From NCBI GenBank assembly GCA_900617105.1, contig UYFQ01000737.1, forward strand, positions 1 to 53,594: a stretch of DNA of 53,594 nt, in the 5' to 3' direction. A model generated the notes under the pieces. It was not told where the DNA came from and did not search any database. It saw nothing but the letters and a program-made list of their open reading frames with translations. This DNA comes from Hydrurus foetidus. Lineage: Eukaryota. Shown piece by piece: positions 9,836 to 20,221 of this stretch. A program made the position numbers and the translations under genes. Numbering within the stretch: position 1 is the first letter of the stretch; every line of letters starts with the position of its first letter.

Positions 9836-12778
9836 ATGAAAACATTGATCATTGCAGAGAAGCCTTCAGTGGCTCAAGACATCGTTAAAGCTTTGACCGC
9901 CACGGCGGGCAAGTTTGAGAAGCACGATGAACATTTCGAGAACGACCTGTACGTCGTCAGCAGCGCGGTGGGCCACTTGGTGGAAATCCAGGCGCCGGAA
10001 GAGTTCGACGTGAAGCGCGGCAAATGGAGTTTTGCCAACCTGCCCGTCATTCCGCCCTACTTTGACCTGAAACCTGTCGATAAAACCAAGACCCGGCTGA
10101 ACGCCGTTGTCAAACTCGCCAAGCGCAAAGACGTGGGCGACCTCATCAACGCCTGTGACGCGGGCCGCGAAGGCGAGCTGATCTTCCGCCTGATTGAGCA
10201 GTACGCCGGTGGCACCAAGCCCCTCGCCAAACCTGTGCGCCGCCTCTGGCTGCAAAGCATGACCCCGCAGGCCATCCGCGACGGCTTCAACAACCTGCGC
10301 TCGGAGAAACAAATGCAGGGCTTGGCCGATGCCGCCCGCAGCCGCTCCGAGGCGGATTGGCTGGTCGGCATCAACGGCACCCGCGCCATGACGGCCTTCA
10401 ACTCGCGTGATGGCGGCTTCTTCTTGACCACCGTGGGCCGCGTGCAAACGCCCACGCTGTCGGTGGTGGTGGAGCGTGAAGACGCGATTCGCAAATTCGT
10501 CTCGCGCAACTACTGGGAAATTCACGCCACGTTTGGTGCACAGGCGGGCGACTACCCCGGCAAATGGTTTGACCCGAAGTGGAAAAAGGACGCTGAAGAC
10601 GCTGAAAAGCGTGCCGACCGCGTGTGGACGCAAGCCGAGGCCATCGCCATCGCCAACGCCGTGCGCGGCCAGCCCGCCACCGTCACCGAAGAATCCAAAC
10701 CCACCTCGCAATCGTCACCCCTGCTGTTCGATTTGACCAGCCTGCAACGCGAAGCGAACGGCAAATTTGGCTTCTCCGCCAAAACCACGCTGTCCATCGC
10801 CCAAAGCCTGTACGAACGCCACAAAGCCCTGACCTACCCGCGTACCGATTCCCGCGCCCTGCCCGAGGACTACCTGCCTACCGTGCGCAGCACCTTCGAG
10901 ATGCTGGCCAGCAGCGGCATGCGCCACCTGGAGCCGCACGCCAAGACCGCGCTCAAAGAGGGCTACATCCGCCCCAGCAAGCGCATCTTCGACAACGCCA
11001 AGGTCAGCGATCACTTTGCCATCATCCCCACACTGCAAGCGCCGAGTGCGCTATCGGAAGCGGAGCAAAAGGTGTATGACCTGGTGGTGCGCCGCTTCAT
11101 GGCGGTGTTCTTCCCCAGTGCGGAATACATGGTCACCACCCGCATCAACCGTCGCCCCCCACAGCTTCAAAACCGAGGGGAAAGTCCTCGTCAAACCCGG
11201 CTGGCTGGCCATCTACGGCAAAGAAGCCGCCGAAGAAACCGCCGATGCCAAAGACGGTGACAAAGGCCAAAACCTCGTCCCCGTGCAGCCCGGTGAAAAG
11301 CCCCGCACCAGCACCGCAGACCCCAAAGCCCTGAAAACCCGCCCCCCGCCCGCTACAACGAAGCGACGCTGCTGGGTGCGATGGAAGGCGCGGGCAAAAT
11401 GGTGGACGATGACGAGCTGCGCGACGCCATGCAAGAAAAAGGCTTGGGCACGCCAGCCACCCGCTCCAGCATCATTGAAGGCCTCATTAATGAGAAGTAC
11501 ATGCTGCGCGATGGCCGCGACCTGATCGCTACCGCCAAAGCCTCTCAACTGATGACGCTGCTGCGTGGCCTGGGCGTGGAAGAGCTTTCCAAGCCCGAGT
11601 TGACCGGCGAATGGGAGTACAAACTCTCGCTGATGGAGCAAGGCAAGCTTAGCCGTGAAAGCTTCATGGGCGAGATCGCCGCGATGACGACCCACATCGT
11701 CAAAAAAGCCAAAGAATACGACCGCGAAACCATCCCCGGCGACTACGCCACCCTCACAGCACCCTGCCCCAACTGCGGCGGCGTGGTGCGCGAGAACTAC
11801 CGCCGCTACACCTGCTTAGGGGCCGACGGGCATTCCGACGGTTGCGGCTTCTCGTTTGGCAAATCCCCCGCAGGCCGCACTTTTGAGCTGGCCGAAGTCG
11901 AGCAATTCCTGGCCGACCGCAAAATCGGCCCGCTGGACGGCTTCCGCTCCAAAGCCGGTTGGCCCTTCACCGCCGAGATGAAAATCGTCTTCGACGAAGA
12001 AACCAAAAACCACAAGCTGGAATTCGACTTCGGCGACGACAAAGGCGCCGAAGAATCCGGTGAGCTGATCGACTTTGCGGCCCAGGAATCGCTTAGGCGC
12101 GTGCCCCAAATGTGGAGGCTCGGTCTTTGAGCACGGCGCGAACTACGTGTGCGACAAATCCGTCCCCACGATGGCCCAAGCCGCCCCCAGCTGCGACTTC
12201 AAAACCGGCAAAATTATTCTGCAGCAGCCCGTGGAACGCGAGCAGATGTGAAACTGCTGACCGTAGGCAAAACCGATTTGCTCGACAAGTTTGTTTCCAT
12301 GCGCACGCGCCGTGCGTTCAAGGCCATGCTGGCCTGGGACGCCGAGGCCGGCAAGGTGAACTTCGAGTTCGCACCCAGCAAGTTTCCACCCCGCAAGCCG
12401 GCTTACAAGGCGGCAGCCAAAACCACGGTCGCTACAAAAACAGGAGCTACTCGCGCAGCATCCACGGGGGCTGCAGCCAAAAAAGCACCTGCAAAGAAGG
12501 CTGCAGCGGCCAAAACCGCCACGCCCAAGGTGCCACGCAAGACCACGGCCGCCAGCGGCAAGCTGCCCAGCGCAGAACTCGCCGCGGTGATTGGCGCCGA
12601 ACCGGTGGCACGCACCGAGGTGATCAAGAAGCTGTGGGACTACATCAAGGCCAATGGCCTGCAGGACGCCACCAACAAGCGCGCCATCAACGCCGACGCC
12701 AAGCTGCTCAAAGTGTTTGGCAAGGAACAGGTGACGATGTTTGAACTGGCTGGCATTGCGGGCAAACACCTGAGCTAA
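9836..12778 (+). CDS. topB: DNA topoisomerase III with C-terminal SWIB/MDM2 domain (indels at ~11147, ~11345, ~12093, ~12249)
   Basis: IIAEKPSVA, DAGREGELI, GRVQTPTL, TYPRTDS, GLGTPATR, Cys repeats, K/A-rich linker and SWIB (RTEVIKKLWDYIKANGLQD) spread over consecutive frames. Confidence 0.92.
12431..12486 (+). repeat. Degenerate copy of the dispersed ~55-bp repeat, in frame within the topB linker
   Basis: GCTACAAAAACAGGAGCTACTCGCGCAGCATCCACGGGGGCTGCAGCC aligns with the 33892-33950 copy (TAGCTGCTAGCGCATATTCCACGGGGGCTAGGGCC). Confidence 0.55.
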
Positions 12779-12782
12779 CGCC

Positions 12783-13730
12783 ATGCGCTACTCCGAGCCG
12801 CCAGACGACAACGAGCACAGCACCCACTCCGCTGCGCAGCGCGCGGTGGCGTCGGCACGCAGCACCTGGGTCAGCGTCGCGGTCAACCTGGTCCTCTCCA
12901 GCCTGCAGATCGTCGTCGGCGTGCTGGCCCGTTCCCAGGGCCTGGTGGCTGACGGCTTGCATTCGCTGTCCGACCTGGTGGCCGATTTTGTCGTGCTGTT
13001 CGCCGCCCGCCACAGCCAAAAGGACGCCGACCTGGAGCACCCCTACGGCCACCAGCGCTTCGAAACTGCGGCCTCGCTGGCGCTGGGCGCGCTGCTGCTC
13101 TTGGTGGGTGTGGGCATGGTCTGGAGCGCGGTGACCAAGCTGCAAACACCTGAAACCATTGCCGTGGCCCACCCCGTGGCGCTCTGGGTGGCACTGGCCG
13201 CGCTGGTGGCCAAGGAGCTGCTGTTTCGCTACATGCTGGTGGTGGCCAAGGCCGTCAAGTCCAGCATGCTGGTGGCCAATGCCTGGCATGCGCGGTCGGA
13301 CGCCGCGTCGTCACTGGTCGTCAGCCTGGGGCTGCTAGGCAACCTGGCAGGTTTTCCCCTGCTGGACCCGATTGCTGCGCTCATCGTGGGCCTGATGGTC
13401 AGCCGCATGGGTTGGATTTTTGGCTGGGACGCGCTGCACGATCTGGTGGACCATGCGATCGACCAGGAAGAAGTTCAGGCCATCCACGCCACGTTGCTGT
13501 CTACACCCGGCGTGTTGGGGGTGCACGAAGTGCGCACCCGCAAGATGGGTGACATGGTGCTGGCCGATGCACATATCGAGGTGGATGCCCAGATCACCGT
13601 AGAGGCTGGCCACGCCATCGCGGTACGGGCCCGGGCCGCCGTGCTGGAGCGCCACCGCGTGCTCAACCTGTTCACCCATGTAGACCCGGCCCACCGGCCG
13701 GACAAAGACCACGAGCCTGTGGTCAGTTGA
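12783..13730 (+). CDS. Cation diffusion facilitator family transporter
   Basis: ADGLHSLSD, HPYGHQRFE, HARSD and the C-terminal dimerisation domain. Confidence 0.92.
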   Translation: MRYSEPPDDNEHSTHSAAQRAVASARSTWVSVAVNLVLSSLQIVVGVLARSQGLVADGLHSLSDLVADFVVLFAARHSQKDADLEHPYGHQRFETAASLALGALLLLVGVGMVWSAVTKLQTPETIAVAHPVALWVALAALVAKELLFRYMLVVAKAVKSSMLVANAWHARSDAASSLVVSLGLLGNLAGFPLLDPIAALIVGLMVSRMGWIFGWDALHDLVDHAIDQEEVQAIHATLLSTPGVLGVHEVRTRKMGDMVLADAHIEVDAQITVEAGHAIAVRARAAVLERHRVLNLFTHVDPAHRPDKDHEPVVS

Positions 13731-13749
13731 GCCGAGGCCGCAGCGCGGC

Positions 13750-14358
13750 TCAGTGTGGCTGCTGCGCGTTGTGGGTAGCGGTGAGCAGCTTATCGGTGTA
13801 GGCAATGGCCAGCGCGCTCATCAGAAACACCACGTGGATGATGGTCTGCCACATCAACACCTTCACGTCGTAGTTGGCGGCGTTGATGAAGGTCTTGAGC
13901 AGGTGGATGGAGCTGATGCCGATGATGGCCATGGCCAGCTTCACCTTGAGTACCGAGGCGTTCACATGGCTTAGCCACTCGGGTTGGTCGGGGTGGCCAT
14001 CCAGGTCCATGCGGCTCACAAAGGTCTCATAGCCACCCACGATCACCATGATCAGCAGGTTGGAGATCATCACCACGTCAATCAGCGCCAGCACCACCAG
14101 CATGATGATGGTCTCGTTCAGCGCGGGCACCGTGATGTCGGATTTGTAGCCAATGCTGGTCACCAGCGCCTGCAGCGCGGTCTGGCTGCCAAATGCGGCC
14201 TCCAGCAGGTGCACCAGTTCTACCCAGAAGTGAAAGACATACACGCCCTGCGCCGCAATCAGTCCGATGTACAGCGGCAGCTGCAGCCAGCGGCTGGCAA
14301 AAATGAAGTTGGGGATGGGGCGCAGTGCGGTGGCTTTTTTGGGTGTAGGGGCAGTCAT
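13750..14358 (-). CDS. TIGR00645 / UPF0114 family membrane protein
   Basis: [27 protein letters not shown] motifs. Confidence 0.85.
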   Translation of the reverse strand: MTAPTPKKATALRPIPNFIFASRWLQLPLYIGLIAAQGVYVFHFWVELVHLLEAAFGSQTALQALVTSIGYKSDITVPALNETIIMLVVLALIDVVMISNLLIMVIVGGYETFVSRMDLDGHPDQPEWLSHVNASVLKVKLAMAIIGISSIHLLKTFINAANYDVKVLMWQTIIHVVFLMSALAIAYTDKLLTATHNAQQPH

Positions 14359-14415
14359 GGCGTGCAGGGGGCGGAAGTGAAAGGCGCCGGCATTATAAAA
14401 AAAGCGCCTAAGCCC

Positions 14416-15210
14416 CTACAAACTGCTCAGCAGTGTCTGCGATCCCTGCCAGTGCGCACCGGGCGCCAGCACCACCGGTTGCATCACGGCGGCCGCCTCC
14501 ACGCAGGCGAACTGCGTATAGCCCAGGGGCGGCAAATCGGCCAGCACCGCTTCGGGGCCGGGGTTCCACACCACCACATCGCGAAACCCCGTGTGCTCCA
14601 GCTGCAAAGCGCCCAAAGGACTTTGCAACTGCAAGGGGCCTGCCACGGCTTCAAAAATATGGTCGATGGGCTCGCGCAGTGACAGCGTGGCGCCCTCGGG
14701 TAGCACGCCGGTCAGGGTGGTCTGCGCCACGTCGCCCACCGCCAGGTAGGTGTGCAGGGCCGCGTGGAAGGGGAAGGATGTGGTGCCGGTGTTCTCGATG
14801 GTCAGCGCCATGCGCAGGCCATGCGGCAGCAGGATCACGGTGAGCGTGCAAACGCAGGCATGGGGCCACGAGGGCTCGTCGCCCACCGCATTCTGCAATT
14901 GCAAGGACACGCTGGGCTCTGGCGTGGTCGGGTGCACAGGCAGCAACGTCCAACCGCGTGTGCGCGCGAGGCCATGGCGCATCAGCGGGCCGCGTGTAGA
15001 AAACTGCGGAAAGATGACAGGCACCCCACCGCGCACCGCCTGCGGCCCTTTGAGCGGCGATGCGGGGCTGCAGTACAGCCGCTCCACACCGCTGGCGTCG
15101 ACCCAGGAAATGACGTGGGCGCCGCGCAGCAGCACAGTGACCACATCACCCGCAGGGCCCTCCAGGCGCACTGCGGGGGCATCGTCGAGCAACAGGGTTT
15201 GGCAGTTCAT
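14416..15210 (-). CDS. D-hexose-6-phosphate mutarotase (aldose 1-epimerase family)
   Basis: GAHVISW, RGGVPVIFPQF, HGLAR, ALHTY, VVWNP, CVEAA. Confidence 0.88.
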   Translation of the reverse strand: MNCQTLLLDDAPAVRLEGPAGDVVTVLLRGAHVISWVDASGVERLYCSPASPLKGPQAVRGGVPVIFPQFSTRGPLMRHGLARTRGWTLLPVHPTTPEPSVSLQLQNAVGDEPSWPHACVCTLTVILLPHGLRMALTIENTGTTSFPFHAALHTYLAVGDVAQTTLTGVLPEGATLSLREPIDHIFEAVAGPLQLQSPLGALQLEHTGFRDVVVWNPGPEAVLADLPPLGYTQFACVEAAAVMQPVVLAPGAHWQGSQTLLSSL

Positions 15211-15220
15211 GCCCCGCAGT

Positions 15221-16243
15221 TTATCGGGTGGTCGTGACTTTGGAGAGGTGACGTGGCTGGTCCGGGTTGGCGCCCCGCGCGCGCGACACGGCTTCTACCA
15301 GCAGGTAAAAACTTTGGATGGCCGTGATCGGGTCCAGGTCCTCCTGCGGTGCGGTGCTGAGCGTCAGGTCGCGGCCCGGCACATCGGCCGGCGCAGCCAG
15401 CAGCACCTGGGCGCCGCGGCCGCGCATCTCGGTGGCCAGGTCAATCAGGCTTTGCTGCGCAGGGCCGCGCAGCGCAAATATCAGCATGGGGTAGTGATCG
15501 TCCACCAGCGCCATGGGGCCGTGCTTGACCTCGGCACCGCTAAAGGCCTCCGCCTGGATGGCGCAGGTTTCCTTGAACTTGAGCGCGGCTTCCTGCGCAA
15601 TCGCCAAGCCCGGCCCACGGCCAATCACCATGAGCTTGCTGGCGGTTCGCAGCGGCTCCACCGCGCTGGACCAGTCTTGTTTGCAGGCATCCTCCAGCGC
15701 AGCAGGCAGCGTCTGCAGGCCCTGCAGCAGGTCGGCATGTTCGCCCCAGTGCGCGGCCAGGCGCGCACCGGCCACCAAACCACAGATGAAGCTCTTGGTA
15801 GCGGCCACACTTTTCTCAGGGCCCGCGTGCAGGGGCATCGCCCAGTCCACGGCTTCCGCCAGGGGCGAGCTGGTGTCGTTCACCAGCGCCACCGTGGTCG
15901 CACCCGCCGCTTCAAACAACTGCATGGGCTCAATCAGGTCCGGGCTGCGGCCTGATTGTGAGATCGACACCGCCAGCAGGCGCTGCTTGGCCAGAGGCGC
16001 CTTGTACAGGGTTAGCAGCGACATGGGCAACGAGGTCACCAATTGCCCGGTGCGCGACATCACCAGATAGGCAAAGTAGGCCGCAGCATGGTCCGAGCTG
16101 CCACGCGCAATCGTCACCGCGCCCTGCGGCGGCAGAGCGCGCAGCGCAGCGCCCAGGGCGGCGTAGCGGTCTTCGTCCGCAGCCAGCTGCAGCGCCACCT
16201 GGCGCGCTGAGGCCAGGGCCTCTTCCAACATCAAGGTACTCAC
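15221..16243 (-). CDS. SIS-domain protein, probable glucosamine-6-phosphate deaminase (NagB-II type)
   Basis: ARGSSDHA, SQSGRSPDL, VAATKS, EAALKFKE, EVKHGP, LSKVTTT; no glutaminase domain; nag cluster context; GTG start at 16243. Confidence 0.85.
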   Translation of the reverse strand: MSTLMLEEALASARQVALQLAADEDRYAALGAALRALPPQGAVTIARGSSDHAAAYFAYLVMSRTGQLVTSLPMSLLTLYKAPLAKQRLLAVSISQSGRSPDLIEPMQLFEAAGATTVALVNDTSSPLAEAVDWAMPLHAGPEKSVAATKSFICGLVAGARLAAHWGEHADLLQGLQTLPAALEDACKQDWSSAVEPLRTASKLMVIGRGPGLAIAQEAALKFKETCAIQAEAFSGAEVKHGPMALVDDHYPMLIFALRGPAQQSLIDLATEMRGRGAQVLLAAPADVPGRDLTLSTAPQEDLDPITAIQSFYLLVEAVSRARGANPDQPRHLSKVTTTR

Positions 16244-16253
16244 ACGCAATCCT

Positions 16254-17156
16254 TTATTCAAAACACAAAGCCAGCGCGCCGTCCATGGCGTCGCCTCGGG
16301 CGGGCACAACGCGCTGCGCAATGGCGGGCGAAAGTTGGGGCAGCAGGCGCTGGGCAATGCTGCCCGCCACCGCCAACGGCAAGGCGTGCGCCGGGTCCAG
16401 CGCCCTTGCCAGCGCCTCCAAGCTCAGCGCGGCGCGCGCCAGTAGGCGGGCCGCTTCGGCATCCTCCGGTGCATGGGCAAACACCTTGGGCGCCAAACCG
16501 GCGTATTCAAACTGCCGGGCCGCACCGCACCAGGCCAGTAGAGCCGCGGGCGTGCCGCCCAGGGTTTGGTAGATATCGCGCGTGAGCGGCGTGTGGGCAT
16601 GGCGCCCGTCCACCGCGCGCTGCGTAAGGTTCACTGCCTGCAGCCCCAAGTCGGCGCCGCTGCCCTCGTCACCACTGGGAAAGCCCCAGCCGCCCGCCGT
16701 GCTGCGTTCGCCATTGGCTTGCAGGGCCAGGCCAATGGCACCCGTACCCATGATGACCAGCGCTCCGGGCGCCCCCTGGTGGGCGCCCAGCAAGGCCGTC
16801 GCCGCGTCGGATTCCAGTACCAAGCGCGTATAGCCGGGGCTGGCAGCGATGCAGTCGGCATTCCAGTCGGCATTGTTGGCACCGGCCAGACCCAGACCCA
16901 GCGCGCAGTTGGCGGGCGCAGGCATCGGCCAGTCGGCTTGTAGTCGGCCTTGCACCGCCAGTGCAATCGCCTGTGCAATATGGCGCCAGGCTTGCGGCGT
17001 GCCCTGCATCAAGCCCGACGCACCGGCCTTGCCCTCGCCCACCACCACGCCACTGCGGTGCACCACACGCGCCCGCGTGCTGGTGCCGCCGCCGTCTACG
17101 CCAATGGCGTAGTGGATGTGTGCGGGCAGCGATTCAAAATTCCAGGCAGCACTCAT
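16254..17156 (-). CDS. BadF/BadG-family sugar kinase (probable N-acetylglucosamine kinase)
   Basis: GVDGGGTSTR and GGWGFPSGDEGSGA motifs. Confidence 0.85.
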   Translation of the reverse strand: MSAAWNFESLPAHIHYAIGVDGGGTSTRARVVHRSGVVVGEGKAGASGLMQGTPQAWRHIAQAIALAVQGRLQADWPMPAPANCALGLGLAGANNADWNADCIAASPGYTRLVLESDAATALLGAHQGAPGALVIMGTGAIGLALQANGERSTAGGWGFPSGDEGSGADLGLQAVNLTQRAVDGRHAHTPLTRDIYQTLGGTPAALLAWCGAARQFEYAGLAPKVFAHAPEDAEAARLLARAALSLEALARALDPAHALPLAVAGSIAQRLLPQLSPAIAQRVVPARGDAMDGALALCFE

Positions 17157-18295
17157 CGGGCGTGGGCCGAGCGCATATTGCCCGGGTTCAGGCGTGTGCA
17201 GGCGGTGCCGTCGGCCTTGAACAGATACAGGGCAGCAGGCGCTGCGCGCACGATGACCGAATCGCCCAGGCGCACTTCGGCATTGCCATCACCGCGCACG
17301 ATCAGCTCCTGGCCATCGTCCATCTTCAGGTACAGCAGGTTGGACTCCCCCAGGTGCTCCACCAGCGTGATCTCGGCGTCCAGCGCGGTGTCATCCGCAG
17401 CCGGTGCCACACCTGCGGGCAGCACTTCGCAATGTTCAGGGCGCAAGCCCACTTCGACGGTTTCACCGACCTGCAGCCGTGAGGCATCCACGGTGGCCAA
17501 CACCTTGCAGCCATTGCCCAGCTGCAGGCGCGCGCCGGCGTCCAACACTTCAATCACCCGCGCGGGCAGCAGGTTGATAGTGGGCGAGCCGATGAAGGTC
17601 GCGACAAAGCGGTTGGCGGGCTGCTGGTACAGCGTGAGCGGCGTGCCCGCCTGCTGCACATGGCCTTCGCTGAGCACCACAATCTTGTCGCCCAGCGTCA
17701 TGGCCTCTACCTGGTCGTGCGTCACGTAGACCATGGTGGCATCCAGGTCGCGGTGCAGGCGCGCCAGCTCGATGCGGGTCTTGGCGCGCAGCGCGGCGTC
17801 CAGGTTGGAGAGAGGCTCGTCAAACAGAAACAGACGCGGCTCGCGCACGATGGCCCGGCCAATCGCCACGCGCTGGCGCTGTCCGCCCGAGAGTTCACGC
17901 GGCAGGCGCTCCAGCAAGTGGTCGATGTGCAACACCTTGGCGGCATCGCGTACTCGTCTGTCGATGTCGGCCTTGGTGGCGCCGTGGATTTTCAAACCAA
18001 AGGCCATGTTGCGGTACACGTTCATGTGCGGGTACAGCGCGTAGCTCTGGAACACCATGGCAATGCCGCGCTCGGCGGGCGGCAGGTGGTTCACCAGATC
18101 GTCGCCAATGCGCAGCTCGCCGCTACTGATGTCTTCCAGGCCGCAGAGCACGCGCAGCAGCGTGGACTTGCCGCAGCCGCTGGGGCCGACCAACACCACC
18201 AGCTCGCCGTGCTCAATATCGAGGCTGATGTTGTGCAGCACCGGCGCGTTGCTGCCGTAACTTTTAGAAATATTTTTAAGGGAAACGCGTGCCAT
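17153..18295 (-). CDS. Carbohydrate ABC transporter ATP-binding subunit (MalK-like)
   Basis: GPSGCGKS, LSGGQRQRVAIGRA, DEPLSNLD, TOBE tail. Confidence 0.95.
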   Translation of the reverse strand: MARVSLKNISKSYGSNAPVLHNISLDIEHGELVVLVGPSGCGKSTLLRVLCGLEDISSGELRIGDDLVNHLPPAERGIAMVFQSYALYPHMNVYRNMAFGLKIHGATKADIDRRVRDAAKVLHIDHLLERLPRELSGGQRQRVAIGRAIVREPRLFLFDEPLSNLDAALRAKTRIELARLHRDLDATMVYVTHDQVEAMTLGDKIVVLSEGHVQQAGTPLTLYQQPANRFVATFIGSPTINLLPARVIEVLDAGARLQLGNGCKVLATVDASRLQVGETVEVGLRPEHCEVLPAGVAPAADDTALDAEITLVEHLGESNLLYLKMDDGQELIVRGDGNAEVRLGDSVIVRAAPAALYLFKADGTACTRLNPGNMRSAHAR

Positions 18296-18307
18296 GGTGT
18301 GTGTGCT

Positions 18308-19174
18308 TTATTTGACGGCGCCCGCGGTGATGCCGCGAATCAGTTGACGGGAGAACAGGGCGTACAGCGTGACCACGGGCACGATGGCCAGTGACAGCGA
18401 GGCCAGCACGGCATTCCAGTCGGTGGCGTACTGCCCCACAAACTGCTGGATGCCGAGCGTGATGGTTTGGGTTTTTTCGGACGGCGCCAAAATCAGCGGG
18501 AACCACAGGTCGTTCCAGATCGGCACCATGGTGAACACCGCCACCGTAGCAATGGCCGGGCGAATCAACGGCACCACCACCTGGAAGAAGATGCGGAACT
18601 CATCAATGCCATCGCAGCGCGCCGCGTCCTTCAGCTCGCTGGGCACCTGGCCCATGAATTCGGACAGGATCATGATGGCCAAGGGCAAGCCCTGTGCCAC
18701 GTAGACCAGCACCAGTGCGGTCAACGTGTTCACCAGGTCCAGTTGCACCATCAGCTGCAGGATGGACACCGTGCCCAGGCGGATCGGCACCATGATGCCG
18801 AAAGCGAAGAAAAACTTGAGCCAGCGGTTGCCCTTGAAGCGGTACTCCGACAGGCCCCAGGCCGCCATGGCGCCAAACAGCAGAATGAAAAACAGCGAGG
18901 CGATGGTGACGATGAAGCTGTTGGCAAAGTACATCAGCACATCAGAGCGGCCCAGCACCTTGGTGTAGCCAATCAACGAAAAAGTCTCGGTCGTGGGCCA
19001 GGCCAACGGGTCGTTGAAGATGGCGTCACGGCTCTTGAACGAGTTCATGAACACCAGCAGGATGGGCAGCAGCGCCAACAGCAGGTAGGCAATCAGCGTG
19101 AGGTGCACAAACACGCGGCTAGGCGCCAGAGGCAGGGCTTTAGAGGAGGAGGTATGGGCCATGCGCAGTCTCAC
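18308..19174 (-). CDS. Carbohydrate ABC transporter permease
   Basis: Multiple TM segments, EAA-like loop DAARCDG, WNDLWFPL. Confidence 0.92.
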   Translation of the reverse strand: MRLRMAHTSSSKALPLAPSRVFVHLTLIAYLLLALLPILLVFMNSFKSRDAIFNDPLAWPTTETFSLIGYTKVLGRSDVLMYFANSFIVTIASLFFILLFGAMAAWGLSEYRFKGNRWLKFFFAFGIMVPIRLGTVSILQLMVQLDLVNTLTALVLVYVAQGLPLAIMILSEFMGQVPSELKDAARCDGIDEFRIFFQVVVPLIRPAIATVAVFTMVPIWNDLWFPLILAPSEKTQTITLGIQQFVGQYATDWNAVLASLSLAIVPVVTLYALFSRQLIRGITAGAVK

Positions 19175-20085
19175 AAAGCAAAGCGCTGCAGCCTGCGCTG
19201 CACCACCAAAAAGTACACGGCCACGCCCACCAGAATCACCAGGAACATGATGGTCGCCACGGCCGCACCCATGGTGGCGCTGGCCACTTGCGACTGGTAG
19301 CCGAAGAAGGTGCGGTAGAACAGCGTGCCCAACAGGTCGGTGCTGTAGTTGGGTCCGGCCAGCGCGCCCTTGACCGTGTAGATCAGGTCAAACGCGTTGA
19401 AGTTGGCCACAAAGGTCAGGATGGTCACCAGCCCCAGCGTGGGAAAAATCAGCGGCAGGCGGATCTGCCAAAAGATGCGCCAGGGCGATGCACCCTCCAC
19501 CACGGCAGCTTCGATGATGTCCTCGGGAATCGCGATCAGTGCGGCGTAAATCAGCATCATGGGCACGCCAATGAACTGCCACACCGACATCAGCGACACG
19601 GTGATCAGCGCGCTGCCCTCCAGCCCCAGCCAGGGCGCAAACCAATCACCCAGGCCCACCAGCGTCAGCAGGCGCTCAGATACGCCCCACAGCGGCGACA
19701 GAATCAACTGCCACACAAAGCCGATGATCACCACCGACAACAGCGTGGGCAGGAAGAAGATGGTGCGGTAGGTGGCCGCAAAGCGCACGTTGCGCAACGA
19801 CAGCAGTGCCGCCAGCAGCAGGCCCACAGGGTTTTGCACCGCCATGTGGATGCCAAAGAATTTGAGGTTGTTCCACATCGCATTCCAGAAGCTCGCCGAC
19901 CACTGCGGGTCCGAGAGGATGGTGATGTAGTTGGTCAAGCCGGAGAAGGTGTGCACACCCGTGTCGTCGGCGGTGTAAAGCCCCAGACGCAGTGTGTCGA
20001 TCAGCGGCAGCGCGCTGAAGGTGGCGTAGATCAGCAGCGCCGGTGCGAGGAACACCAGCACCCGCCAGGAGAAACCTAATTTCAT
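19171..20085 (-). CDS. Carbohydrate ABC transporter permease
   Basis: EAAVVEGASPW motif, TM segments. Confidence 0.92.
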   Translation of the reverse strand: MKLGFSWRVLVFLAPALLIYATFSALPLIDTLRLGLYTADDTGVHTFSGLTNYITILSDPQWSASFWNAMWNNLKFFGIHMAVQNPVGLLLAALLSLRNVRFAATYRTIFFLPTLLSVVIIGFVWQLILSPLWGVSERLLTLVGLGDWFAPWLGLEGSALITVSLMSVWQFIGVPMMLIYAALIAIPEDIIEAAVVEGASPWRIFWQIRLPLIFPTLGLVTILTFVANFNAFDLIYTVKGALAGPNYSTDLLGTLFYRTFFGYQSQVASATMGAAVATIMFLVILVGVAVYFLVVQRRLQRFAL

Positions 20086-20133
20086 GGGAGACCTTGTTGG
20101 TCAGAGACAGAAGCGAAAAAGCGAAACGAACAC

Positions 20134-20200
20134 CTCACCCCGTTCGGGCTGAGCCTGTCGAAGCCTGCGTTTCGACAGGCTCAACGCGAACGGTGGTGAG
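20134..20200. repeat. REP-like palindromic element
   Basis: CTCACC-CCGTTCGGGCTGAGCCTGTCGAA...TTCGACAGGCTCAACGCGAACGG-TGGTGAG long imperfect inverted repeat between SBP and permease genes; the left arm recurs at ~34233-34258. Confidence 0.75.
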
Positions 20201-20221
20201 ACGAAGATGCTCAGCCGGGCA

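Noticed and set aside
9836..12778. Programmed frameshifting or a split topB
   Set aside because: Four separate shifts without slippery-site signals, and similar indels in neighbouring housekeeping genes, favour sequence error
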